Shown here: piece after piece, positions 42,615 to 52,333 of the stretch
Position numbering within the stretch: position 1 is the first letter of the stretch
Layout of the letters: every line of letters starts with the position of its first letter
Source: Verrucomicrobiota bacterium
GTDB taxonomy: Bacteria > Verrucomicrobiota > Verrucomicrobiia > Opitutales > Coraliomargaritaceae
DNA: 64,000 nt
Direction: 5' to 3'
Assembly: GCA_039815375.1 (NCBI GenBank)
Contig: JBCBZJ010000005.1
Coordinates: forward strand, 32,001 to 96,000
Made by a program: the position numbers and the translations under genes
The notes under the pieces: generated by a model
The model's input: the letters and a program-made list of their open reading frames with translations, nothing else
What the model was told of the DNA's origin: nothing
Database searches by the model: none

Positions 42615-43562
42615 ATGGATATTTCAAAAATGAGATTTACCGACGAAGTTTCTTCGCTCCAACCTGGTATGGCCATCGGCAACCTGCACATTGTCAGTTT
42701 TATCGGCAAGGGTGCAATTGGTGAAGTTTACCTCGCGCAGCACGAGATATTAGGAAAGCAATTTGCTATTAAGGTGATTCCGAAAGGTTTTTCCGGTAGT
42801 GATGGACCGACTGCATTTAAACAAGCAGCCCGTATTCAGACTAAACTGGATCATCCCCATATACTTCGGATCGATGATCTGGGAGAGGAGGAACTGTTTT
42901 ACTGGCTTCGGATGGAATACATCGAAGGCGAAGAAACCGCTGAAAAGGCTCGTATCCGCACACTTCAAGATTTGATGCGGAACAACAAGGGCCCGCTCAG
43001 CGAGGAGGAGGTAAACTACTACCTCTATTATCTCTTGCTCGGTATCGATTACGCCCACACCCAAGGTATCATTCACCAAGATCTTAAACCGGCTAACATC
43101 ATGATCGCGGAAGAGGGAGTAAAGATTGCCGAGCTCGGTGTCACCGAACTCATCGGGCACGCTTGGGATGACTTTCATATTCAGCGCCGCGAGGTCCGTC
43201 TTGATCCGACTCCGTTTGATCCTCTACCCGGCTACAGTCGTGCGCTTCCTTCTCTATTAACTGCATTTGAATACTACAGCCCTGAGCAGCGCGCTGGTAA
43301 ACAAGCTGATTTCGTTAGTAACCTTTACAGTGTTGGGCTCATTGCCTACCGCATGTTGACGGGTCGCCACAGTCTTTCGCTTGATATGCCCACCCGTGCT
43401 GTCAACGGGATCAATCCACGCTGGGATGCGTGGATTGCCCGTGCGCTGGCTTACGACACTGAAGACCGCTTCCAGTCTGCGGCTGAAATGCTGCGGGCAA
43501 TGCCCGGGCTCGAAACCGAAACCGCCGAGAACTCCGGCGCTGTCCAGGAGGTCGCAGGTTAG
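42615..43562 (+). CDS. Hanks-type Ser/Thr kinase-like protein, probably atypical or a pseudokinase
   Basis: IGKGAIGEVY, FAIK, HQDLKPANI, KIAELG in place of DFG, YSPEQ; soluble. Confidence 0.88.
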   Translation: MDISKMRFTDEVSSLQPGMAIGNLHIVSFIGKGAIGEVYLAQHEILGKQFAIKVIPKGFSGSDGPTAFKQAARIQTKLDHPHILRIDDLGEEELFYWLRMEYIEGEETAEKARIRTLQDLMRNNKGPLSEEEVNYYLYYLLLGIDYAHTQGIIHQDLKPANIMIAEEGVKIAELGVTELIGHAWDDFHIQRREVRLDPTPFDPLPGYSRALPSLLTAFEYYSPEQRAGKQADFVSNLYSVGLIAYRMLTGRHSLSLDMPTRAVNGINPRWDAWIARALAYDTEDRFQSAAEMLRAMPGLETETAENSGAVQEVAG

Positions 43563-43600
43563 TTAATTTTTAAACTCAACCCATCCAACCTAACATCGTC

Positions 43601-44326
43601 ATGTCTATCCAACGCAAATTCAAAGTCACCACTACCGTCACTCAATATATGTGGGCTTCTTCGCGGAATGATGCCGCTAAATTCCAAGAGGAACTGATTC
43701 AAAAAGGAAAACTTGATATTATGCGTGATGGCGAAACGGATGTGAAGTTCTGCTTCACGGGTGGTCGCGATTTTGTTGAAGCGCCCGAGGATATTTCCAA
43801 GACACGTGATCCGGTCGATCAACCAAGACGTGGTGATTGGCTCGAAATCGCTCATGGTGATGTCAAAGCATTTGCACTTGTTCGTCGGCTTAGCAGGCGC
43901 AAGGTTTATTATTATGAAGCACTTTCCCGCACCGAACGTTCGGTTGATCGCGAGCGTTGGCAACGTTGGGCGACGCAACACTCGATCCATCCCTGCTACG
44001 ATGGAATCGTGCCTCCGTTCATTGTGGACGAAGTCATTCAGGCTCACGAAGAGCGTGGTATGCTCAGCGGATTCAATGCCACACCGGACTCTTCGCTGAT
44101 TCTCGAAATCCTCGATAAATATGGCTATGTGCCGGACGACTATGAGGTTGAGAACGGCTACTGGGCTGAGATTTACATCGACCGTGCGCTTTCCGACAAA
44201 ATTTTAGCTAGCCAGCAAGAGCCATCGATGAAGACTGGGACTGGTGGTGACGATGAGTTTGGTGATTTCTCTGTAGGGTTCTCCGAAGAGTTGCCTACTA
44301 TCGATGATTTTGAATCTAAATTCTAG
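43601..44326 (+). CDS. Hypothetical protein with an acidic C-terminal tail
   Basis: 241-aa ORF, co-oriented and closely spaced between the kinase and parA. Confidence 0.75.
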   Translation: MSIQRKFKVTTTVTQYMWASSRNDAAKFQEELIQKGKLDIMRDGETDVKFCFTGGRDFVEAPEDISKTRDPVDQPRRGDWLEIAHGDVKAFALVRRLSRRKVYYYEALSRTERSVDRERWQRWATQHSIHPCYDGIVPPFIVDEVIQAHEERGMLSGFNATPDSSLILEILDKYGYVPDDYEVENGYWAEIYIDRALSDKILASQQEPSMKTGTGGDDEFGDFSVGFSEELPTIDDFESKF

Positions 44327-44375
44327 CGCTGAGACTAGCGCATACGCACATTTTCAATACTTTAAGGGATAGCCC

Positions 44376-45305
44376 ATGGCACGCAAACTAGCATTTATCA
44401 ATTACAAGGGTGGAGTCGGTAAGACTTCTCTCATTGTCAACATCGCTTCCTGCCTCGCGAAAAGCGGTAAACGTGTCCTTCTGTGTGACCTTGATACTCA
44501 GTCGAATTCCAGTATCTGGTTGATGCGTATTGAGCGCTGGAACCGTATTAATATGGAAAAGCGTGGCTCGGTTTACTCTATTTTTGATCCAGGCGAAGAT
44601 AGAATCAGCGATATTATCGTTAAGGACGTGCTTCAAGACAACCAAGGCAAAGCACTGTTACCGGGTCTGGATCTCCTGCCCACGACCTTTAACCTTATCG
44701 ACATAGAGAATGAGTATAAAATCAACCCGCAGAATCCTCATTACCTGATTTACAATGAGCAGATTCGTGAGGTCGAAAAAGACTACGACTTCATCCTCTA
44801 CGACTGCCCGCCCAATGTTCTCAACGCTTCTCAATGTGGCATATTCAGTGCCGACGAGCTCTACGTTCCAGCCAATCCCGATGCGCTCTCTCTCATTGGT
44901 TTTACTCTGATGATCGAGAAGCTTCTTCTATTCTACCGTCGTTCTGCCGGATTCCGTGTGCCTGAAATGGGCAACTTCGCTCGTGTTTCTGGAGTGATTT
45001 TCAACTCAATTAAAGCCAATGTCGACATAGGTGTGCCTAAGATGCGTATGCAGCTTCGTCTCAACCAGTTCAAGAAGCAGCGCTTGGTATCAAACGAAGC
45101 GAAGATTTACGATGCCTGTGTGCGCGACGCAACTATTGTTCGTCGGGCTGTGACACTTGGTTTGCCAGTCTGTCTGGTTGAAAGTCGTGATGTTATCGAT
45201 GGTGTTGGTAAGGATTACAACGATCTGGCAGAGGAGATACTGGCCCACGATGTCAATTCGCCTGCGGCCTCCCAAACGACGAACCCGATGGCTAGTGCAT
45301 CCTAA
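44376..45305 (+). CDS. ParA/Soj-family ATPase (orphan)
   Basis: NYKGGVGKTS deviant Walker A, DLDTQSNSS, YDCPP. Confidence 0.93.
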   Translation: MARKLAFINYKGGVGKTSLIVNIASCLAKSGKRVLLCDLDTQSNSSIWLMRIERWNRINMEKRGSVYSIFDPGEDRISDIIVKDVLQDNQGKALLPGLDLLPTTFNLIDIENEYKINPQNPHYLIYNEQIREVEKDYDFILYDCPPNVLNASQCGIFSADELYVPANPDALSLIGFTLMIEKLLLFYRRSAGFRVPEMGNFARVSGVIFNSIKANVDIGVPKMRMQLRLNQFKKQRLVSNEAKIYDACVRDATIVRRAVTLGLPVCLVESRDVIDGVGKDYNDLAEEILAHDVNSPAASQTTNPMASAS

Positions 45306-45311
45306 TCTGAT

Positions 45312-46355
45312 ATGAGTAAATTTCTCCAAAAACAATCCATTCAGGAACCAAGTCAGGAACAAATTGAGGCCCTCGCTGCGCGTTGGGACAAAGTAGCCTA
45401 TCGCGCCCAAGGTTCTCCTTTTGAAGACCTCAGCATCGCTTGTCTGGCCAAGAATACAGGCACACGTGTCTGGCATAGGCCTGGTGCCAAGGTAAAGAAC
45501 GATACTATCGGGCGCTACATCTACTTCAGCTTTGAGGAACTTCTCGAGGTCGAGAAGCTCGACTTTAAAATCGCCGCACACTTAGTTGAAGTTTGCGAAG
45601 CAACTTTCCTTTTTGAAGAAGAGTGCGATGAAATCGGCACTTTTGATGAGATCGACATGCAGGCCTATAAGCAACGCATGCGTTTCGTGGAAGAGTTTGG
45701 GCTGAACCATGACTTCCCGGTGGCTCTCGCAAATCTCGAGCCCGAGCTGCGTGAACTCTGCACAGTTGAAGAGGTCGTTACCTTTATTGATTTAATGAGT
45801 TTCCTAGATCGGCTGACTGACGTCGCTTGGATCGGTGGAACGTATCGAAGCCTCCAAAACGCCTTTGCTCATGGCGATGAGAAGGGCCTAACAAGATACT
45901 TCCCCTATCGATTGGGCCATCGTGGCTTCCATTTACCGGAAGCACTTTCCTTTATTTTGAGCCGCCTAGCTCAGAAGGATTTGAACGAGGTGTTCGAGTA
46001 TCATGAACGCCGTCGCCGCCGGCATAGACTCGGTGGTAAGCGCATGGAAATGCCTGCTTGTGTTGAGAGCAGTCTACTGCCTGAGATTTTCAAATGCATG
46101 CACTATTTCGGTAGTCGACAGCCACGTCTGCTTGTTCGTTTGCATGATTCCGCTTACCTTTGCCGGGAGCTCATGTTTCTGAATGATCCTCAGACTGAGG
46201 GTGTATTGCATTGGTTAATACACCTTTCTCTTGGAGTCTTCCGTCCGAACCAATTCAAAGACCTTTCCGAAGAAATCAAGGCTGTGGGGAGCGCTCGGAA
46301 TGATGAACTCGTTCAAGAGCTTCGCCGTATGTTGTCGGACGAAGCTACAGCTTAA
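45312..46355 (+). CDS. Hypothetical protein, possibly with RNA polymerase alpha-CTD-like segments
   Basis: 347-aa ORF 6 nt after parA; DTIGRYIYFSFEELLEVEKLDFKIAAHL and PVALANLEPELRELCTVEEVVTFIDL. Confidence 0.7.
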   Translation: MSKFLQKQSIQEPSQEQIEALAARWDKVAYRAQGSPFEDLSIACLAKNTGTRVWHRPGAKVKNDTIGRYIYFSFEELLEVEKLDFKIAAHLVEVCEATFLFEEECDEIGTFDEIDMQAYKQRMRFVEEFGLNHDFPVALANLEPELRELCTVEEVVTFIDLMSFLDRLTDVAWIGGTYRSLQNAFAHGDEKGLTRYFPYRLGHRGFHLPEALSFILSRLAQKDLNEVFEYHERRRRRHRLGGKRMEMPACVESSLLPEIFKCMHYFGSRQPRLLVRLHDSAYLCRELMFLNDPQTEGVLHWLIHLSLGVFRPNQFKDLSEEIKAVGSARNDELVQELRRMLSDEATA

Positions 46356-49300
46356 GCTGTAGCTTTTTCGCCCGAACGATTCTTTGCGATCAGCATATAG
46401 ATGCTGGGCAAAAAGATTAAGGTAAAGATCGTTCCGATTGCCATACCGCCGACGAGGACAAGGCCGATCGAGTTACGTGCTGCGGCGCCAGCACCCGTGA
46501 CTAGTGTCAGCGGGAAATGACCGGCAACTGTCGCGACAGTTGTCATAAGGATCGGGCGTAGTCGCACCTCGGAAGCGCGTTGCACAGCATCGAGTTTTGA
46601 GAAGCCCTGGCGCTGGAGTTCATTGGCGAACTCGACAATGAGAATGCCGTTTTTCGCAACGAGTCCAACGAGAGTGACGAGTCCGACCTGCGAGTAAATA
46701 TTAAGCGAAGTCGTCCAGCCATTTGTCCAAAAGGGCATGGTTGGATCAAACATCTTCAGGAAGGTAAAGATGAGCGCACCAAACATAGCCAAAGGCACCG
46801 AGCCAAGTAGAATGATAAAGGGATCGCGAAAGCTGTTGAATTGGGCAGAGAGCACGAGGAAAATCAGCACTACAGCTAGCATGAAGGCAGGTAGGAAAGT
46901 ATTCCCTTCTTTTCTTAGCTGACGCGATTCTCCGGCATAGTCGATACGGTAACCGTCCGGTAGAATTTCATCGGCGGTCTCTTCGAGAAAAGCTAAGCCA
47001 CTTTCGAGTGGTCCCTTATAGACTCCGCTCATCTTGACCGCGTTAAATTGTTGGAAACGATTCAAGGAACGTGCTTTGACCGATTCTTCGATGGAAGCGA
47101 TAGTGCTAAGTTGAACGAGTTGTCCTTCCGGACCCTTGACGTAGATTTCTTCCAATTGATCCGGTGTGAGGCGTCCGATGCGCTCAATTTGGGGGATGAC
47201 CTTGTAGCTGCGTCCGTCGATGTTAAATCGGTTGACGTAAGCACCGCCGACGAGCGAGCCGAGATCGGCGCCAACATCGCGGAGGTCCAGACCAAGTGTG
47301 CTTACCATGTCACGGTCGATCTTAAATTCGCTCTGCGGTTGGTCGACTTTGGTATCGATGATTGGAGGGAAGGCAAAGTCGCCACTCTGCATCGCTCTGG
47401 TATTCAGCTGGTTAACATATTGGAGGATTTCCTCGGGCTCGTCCGTCGATGCGATGATGAATTCGATTGGAAAATCGCTTCCTCCTGGGAGTGCGGCGGG
47501 AGTAGCTGGGAAGATGTTGATCCCGGAAATCCGGCTGAGACGCTCTTGCGCGATCTGTTTGATGTCCTGGACGGTTCGATCACGCTGGCTCCACGGGCTA
47601 AGGATCATTCCACTGAAGCCGGAGTCAGGCAGTGTGACTTGGAAAGTATAATCGGTTTCTTCAAAACCGAAAAATATGCTGTTGGCGGATTCAGCGAAAC
47701 GACTCATCTCCTCCATGGAGAAATTTGCTGGGCCATCAACAATTCCGAAAATGACGCCTTGGTCCTCCTCGGGAGCGAGCTCTTTCGGTGAGAGCACGAA
47801 CATCGGGAGGCAGAGTAGGGTCAGTAAGATCCAAATCAGGTAGGTCGCCCAGCGGGTTGACAGGGCAACACGAAGAATCTTTCCATAGACCACGCGCAGC
47901 TTGTCGAAGCCTCTGTTGATATGAAGCGCGAGTCCTTTGTGGGCTCCTGCCTTGAGAACTTTGGAAGAGAGCATGGGGCTGAGGGTCAGCGCCACAATTG
48001 TCGAAACAATCACCGCCCCGGAGAGGGTGAGGGCAAACTCTCGGAATAGGGAACCGGTCAAGCCACCCTGGAAGCCGATTGGAAGATAAACCGCGATCAG
48101 AGTGAGTGTCGTAGCGATGACGGGACCGATCAATTCGCGCACTCCGGTGAGAGCAGCATCCGTTGCAGACATACCTTCCTCAAGATGGCGTTCGATGTTC
48201 TCTACTACAATGATAGCATCGTCCACCACGATGCCAACTGATAAGACGATCGCCAAGAGTGTGAGTAGATTGATCGTAAAGCCGAAGATCTGCATCAGGA
48301 AGATTCCACCGATAAGCGAAATCGGGATCGCGACAATCGGCACAAGCACGGTGCGGATACGGCCCATGAAAAGGAAAATCACAATCATCACGATCATGAG
48401 TGTTTCAACCAAAGTGATGGTAACCTCTTTGATCGATTCTTCGATATATATGGTGGAGTCGTAGCCGATGTTTGCCTCGAGCCCTTCAGGTAAGGTTTTC
48501 TTGATGTCCTCAAGTTCTTCGCGAACTGCCCGTATGACATCAACCGTATTGGCGTTCGGCATCACGAAAATGCCGAAGAAGACCGCCTTCTCTCCAGAAA
48601 AACGGACCTCAGCATCGTAATTCTCTCCACCCAATTCGACAGTGGCGATGTCTTTGATGCGGATGATTGTATCGCCCCTGTTGAATACTGCCAATTGCTT
48701 GAAGTCTTCGACGGAATTGAGGTCCGTATCTGCAGTAAGATTGATCGTAACGAGGTTTCCCTTAGTTCGGCCAACAGCGGAGAGGTAGTTGTTGGCAGCG
48801 AGTGCATCACGGACCTGTGCGGGATTGACCCCTAGCGAGGCCATACGATCTGCATCGAGCCAGATACGCATCGCAAAAGTTCTGCCGCCCAGAATTTCAG
48901 CTTCTTGCACGCCGGGAATTGCAGTAAGGCGGGGCTGGATCTCTCTCACCAGAAAGTCCGTTATCTCGTTTGCCTCCAATATACTTGATGCAAAGGAAAG
49001 GTAGGATGCGGCACGGTCTGTGTCAGCAGATTCAACCGTGATAATAGGGACTTCAGACTCGGGTGGCAGGTCTCCTCGAACCTCGTCAACCTTGGCGCTG
49101 ATTTCAGCAAGCGCCTTTGTCGAGTCATAGTTGAGCTCTAGGCGCGCGGTAATAGTTGAAACTCCGAGTGTGCTGCTCGAAGAAACATATTCGATCCCGT
49201 CAGCTGTAGCAATGGCCCGCTCAAGTGGAGTTGTAATGAACCCACGGACGAGTTCCGCGCCTGCCCCGGTGTAGACTGTAGTGACAGTGACTCTCGCATT

Positions 49301-49429
49301 TTCACTTTTTGGATATTGGCGGATAGTCAATGACGAGATGGCCTGCAAGCCCGCGATCACGATCACCATGCTCACAACAATCGAGAGCACAGGTCGTTTG
49401 ACGAAAATATCGGTAAAAGCAGTAGGCAT
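46352..49429 (-). CDS. RND efflux transporter permease (AcrB/MexW-like)
   Basis: FVKRPV, GIVVDDAIIVVEN, AKNGILIVEFA, RLRPILMT. Confidence 0.97.
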   Translation of the reverse strand: MPTAFTDIFVKRPVLSIVVSMVIVIAGLQAISSLTIRQYPKSENARVTVTTVYTGAGAELVRGFITTPLERAIATADGIEYVSSSSTLGVSTITARLELNYDSTKALAEISAKVDEVRGDLPPESEVPIITVESADTDRAASYLSFASSILEANEITDFLVREIQPRLTAIPGVQEAEILGGRTFAMRIWLDADRMASLGVNPAQVRDALAANNYLSAVGRTKGNLVTINLTADTDLNSVEDFKQLAVFNRGDTIIRIKDIATVELGGENYDAEVRFSGEKAVFFGIFVMPNANTVDVIRAVREELEDIKKTLPEGLEANIGYDSTIYIEESIKEVTITLVETLMIVMIVIFLFMGRIRTVLVPIVAIPISLIGGIFLMQIFGFTINLLTLLAIVLSVGIVVDDAIIVVENIERHLEEGMSATDAALTGVRELIGPVIATTLTLIAVYLPIGFQGGLTGSLFREFALTLSGAVIVSTIVALTLSPMLSSKVLKAGAHKGLALHINRGFDKLRVVYGKILRVALSTRWATYLIWILLTLLCLPMFVLSPKELAPEEDQGVIFGIVDGPANFSMEEMSRFAESANSIFFGFEETDYTFQVTLPDSGFSGMILSPWSQRDRTVQDIKQIAQERLSRISGINIFPATPAALPGGSDFPIEFIIASTDEPEEILQYVNQLNTRAMQSGDFAFPPIIDTKVDQPQSEFKIDRDMVSTLGLDLRDVGADLGSLVGGAYVNRFNIDGRSYKVIPQIERIGRLTPDQLEEIYVKGPEGQLVQLSTIASIEESVKARSLNRFQQFNAVKMSGVYKGPLESGLAFLEETADEILPDGYRIDYAGESRQLRKEGNTFLPAFMLAVVLIFLVLSAQFNSFRDPFIILLGSVPLAMFGALIFTFLKMFDPTMPFWTNGWTTSLNIYSQVGLVTLVGLVAKNGILIVEFANELQRQGFSKLDAVQRASEVRLRPILMTTVATVAGHFPLTLVTGAGAAARNSIGLVLVGGMAIGTIFTLIFLPSIYMLIAKNRSGEKATA

Positions 49430-49446
49430 CTTGAGTCGCGTGGCCT

Positions 49447-50571
49447 TTACGTGTTATCGGGTGTGGGCGCCAGCTCGGGTTTCGGAGCCATATCATTTTG
49501 GAGGCTGACCGGTGCCCCGTTGAAGAGTTTAAAGGTGCCTGCAGACACAACTTGCTCTCCAAGGCTCAAACCCTTGGTAATGCTGACATAGTCTCCTAGT
49601 GTGCGTCCCGTGCGAATGAATTTCTGAACAGCGACCTGCATGCCTTCTTCGCCGGACTCAATGACAAAGATCGAATTGCCGTAGGGAGCATAAACGATGG
49701 CCGTTGCCGGCACCGCGATGACGGTATCCTTTTCTGGAAGCACCACAGAGACTTTGACAAACAGGCCGGCCTTGAGGGAACCATCGGGATTGTCTAGTGT
49801 TCCCTGTAGCTCAACTGTCCGGGTGACCGGATCAACCTGCGGACTCATTGCAGTCACGACCCCTTCGAAGCGACGTCCGGCGTGAGCATCACTTTCAAGA
49901 ATGACCGGCATGCCGGCATCGACTTTGCCAAGGGCTTGCTGGGGGAGGGTAAAATTCACGTAGACCTGCTCGTTGGCCTGGATCGAAACAAGTGGTGCGC
50001 CCATCGCGACGTATTGACCCAGATTAACCTGCCGGATTCCAACCATACCTGTGAAGGGCGCACGGATGGTCTTTCGATCGATGATTGCCTGAATGTTCTC
50101 AACATTAGCGCTAGCTTGATCCAGCGTTGCGATGGCCCGATCGAGTTCGCTCTGCGAAACGTTGCCACTTTTCTGTAAACGTTTGGCACGCTCAAATTCG
50201 ATTTGGGCAAGTCTTGCACTGGCTTTGGCAGACTTCAACTCGGCCTTCTCGACATCGACGTCGAACTGAATGAGTAGGTCGCCGTCTTCAACCATTTGAC
50301 CGTTGGTGAAGTTAATCTCGTCGACTACGCCTGCGGCCTCCGTTTCGAGTGTAACTCCCTGAACCGGCTCGATTGAGCCGACGGCTTTGAGTTCATTGGA
50401 CCAGATCTGCTGTTGTGCCTTATAGCTGGAAACACTGACCGGCGGCAGCACCATTTCTTCCGCTGCCTTGGCCATGGCACCAAACTGCGAACCCTTTGTT
50501 GTGATGATCGCAAAAACCAGTAATCCAATCGCCACGAATAGCAGGACAACGAAAATGATCTTGTTTTTCAT
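49447..50571 (-). CDS. RND efflux periplasmic adaptor (membrane fusion protein)
   Basis: N-terminal anchor, IRAPFTGMVGIR, DPVTRTV, LKAGLF. Confidence 0.95.
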   Translation of the reverse strand: MKNKIIFVVLLFVAIGLLVFAIITTKGSQFGAMAKAAEEMVLPPVSVSSYKAQQQIWSNELKAVGSIEPVQGVTLETEAAGVVDEINFTNGQMVEDGDLLIQFDVDVEKAELKSAKASARLAQIEFERAKRLQKSGNVSQSELDRAIATLDQASANVENIQAIIDRKTIRAPFTGMVGIRQVNLGQYVAMGAPLVSIQANEQVYVNFTLPQQALGKVDAGMPVILESDAHAGRRFEGVVTAMSPQVDPVTRTVELQGTLDNPDGSLKAGLFVKVSVVLPEKDTVIAVPATAIVYAPYGNSIFVIESGEEGMQVAVQKFIRTGRTLGDYVSITKGLSLGEQVVSAGTFKLFNGAPVSLQNDMAPKPELAPTPDNT

Positions 50572-50643
50572 GTTCTGAATGATAACCGCCCGAGTAATCG
50601 CCCAAGCCTAGGACGCATTACTAAAGGGGCGGATTTTCTAAAA

Positions 50644-50659
50644 TCAAACAATTGTTTGA
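50644..50659. promoter_or_regulatory. Perfect 16-bp palindrome, candidate repressor operator of the RND operon
   Basis: TCAAACAATTGTTTGA, about 70 nt upstream of the adaptor start codon. Confidence 0.65.
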
Positions 50660-50768
50660 ATCTGACTGAAAAAAGTCACAGATTAATTGCTTCGAATTAG
50701 ATAAAAAATCCAAAAACTCAGTTGACGGGTAGAAGTCCGATTCCCTTAATCGCGCGTTTTCCGAGTGT

Positions 50769-50844
<76 letters not shown>

Positions 50845-50851
50845 CTTTTTT

Positions 50852-50872
50852 CCCACTTCCGGTGGGCTTTTT
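50852..50872 (+). terminator. Intrinsic terminator after tRNA-Phe
   Basis: CCCAC-TTCCG-GTGGG followed by a T-run. Confidence 0.6.
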
Positions 50873-50928
50873 GTTTCCGAGGTATTTCAGAGGTTGCTTT
50901 AGTACTTCTTCACCTTAGTCCAAAAACC

Positions 50929-52332
50929 ATGTCGGGTCGAAAGATACTCAGCACCTACGAAAAAGCGCTCGCGATCAATTTAGATGCGAAACGTTACGGG
51001 GTGTTTGCAGAAATTGGCGCAGGTCAGGAAACAGCAAATTGGTTTTTTCGAGTATCCGGAAGTGCGGGAACCGTGGCTAAAACGATTTCGGCCTATGATA
51101 TGACGATGAGCGATGCGCTCTATGGCAAGTCGCAGCGCTACGTCTCCGAATCACGGCTGGGTTCCATGCTTGAATATGAGTATGAGATTTTGAGAGAGCG
51201 GTTGAGTGAAAGTCGTGGTGCAGATTCTACCTTCTTTGCCTTTTGCAATACGGTTCGTGCACGTGGCTATAATGATACGGGAGAGTGCTATGGCTGGTTG
51301 GGAATAAGGCTACAGCTCAAGCCGAAGACCGAGCCATGTGATATTGTGATCCATGTTCGCTTGTTGGATGAGACCAACTCCGACCAGATGGAGGCGTTGG
51401 GTAAAATCGGTGTCAACCTGATCTATGCCGCATTTTACTACCGCGATAGCTTGCAGGACTTCGTCGACTCACTGGCCGATGAAGTTTCCTCCGAGAGTAT
51501 GGAGGTTGATATGCTGCGCTTTTCCGGTGATGGCTTTCGCTATGTGGATAATCGACTTTGTGCGCTGCAGCTCGTCCAGAGTGGTTTGACCGACGCTGCC
51601 ATGTTCAATGAGTTTGGCAAAGTGGTTCAAGCTGCCGACGCACTTTACAAAAGACCTATCCTCCTTCTGCGCGGTAGCTTCAACCCTGTCCTTAAGTTGC
51701 ATTTAGACATGATTCGTCAGTCCCGTGCAGTTTTCTCGAGAGCGATGGCTGAGGAGCAACTTGAGCGCTCGATCGAAGTCTGTGAGATCAGCACGAACAA
51801 TTTGCTGCGTGATGACGGTGCGGTAGATCATGAGGATTTTATTGATCGGGCTGATGTGCTTCAAGCCCTGGGCAAAACCGTTTTGATTACCCGCAGCGCG
51901 GAGTTCCACCGTATCGCGACCTATCTAAGCCGGTATACTGCCGAACCGATTGCCATTATCCTCAGCATAGGTCTTTTGAACGAGCTCTTTAAAGAAAAGT
52001 GGTCGAAAAATCTGGCTGGCGGTATCCTCGAGTCCTTTGGCCGTCTATTTAAAAATAGAGTTCAGCTCTATGTTTATCCCTGGCATAATATGCACAGCAT
52101 GGAATTGGTGACTGCGGAGAACTTTAATGCTCCCGAGAATTGGGATCATTTCTATCAACACCTAATTCAAAATAAGCGAGTGATTCCAGTGGGTGTGGGC
52201 GACCCATCGCTGCTCGCTTACACGGGCCGCAAGATTGTAAAAATGATCGAGTCCAGCGATGGCGACTGGTCGAACTGGGTGCCTGAGGAAGCCCATGATA
52301 TGGTGCATCGCAAGATTGGCCGTGTAGGCTAG
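50929..52332 (+). CDS. Conserved protein with a nucleotidyltransferase-like C-domain (family often labelled 'TonB-dependent receptor' or nicotinate-nucleotide adenylyltransferase)
   Basis: KALAINLD..YGVFAEIGAGQE, KTISAYDM, RGSFNPV; no signal peptide or beta-barrel pattern. Confidence 0.75.
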   Translation: MSGRKILSTYEKALAINLDAKRYGVFAEIGAGQETANWFFRVSGSAGTVAKTISAYDMTMSDALYGKSQRYVSESRLGSMLEYEYEILRERLSESRGADSTFFAFCNTVRARGYNDTGECYGWLGIRLQLKPKTEPCDIVIHVRLLDETNSDQMEALGKIGVNLIYAAFYYRDSLQDFVDSLADEVSSESMEVDMLRFSGDGFRYVDNRLCALQLVQSGLTDAAMFNEFGKVVQAADALYKRPILLLRGSFNPVLKLHLDMIRQSRAVFSRAMAEEQLERSIEVCEISTNNLLRDDGAVDHEDFIDRADVLQALGKTVLITRSAEFHRIATYLSRYTAEPIAIILSIGLLNELFKEKWSKNLAGGILESFGRLFKNRVQLYVYPWHNMHSMELVTAENFNAPENWDHFYQHLIQNKRVIPVGVGDPSLLAYTGRKIVKMIESSDGDWSNWVPEEAHDMVHRKIGRVG

Positions 52333-52333
52333 C

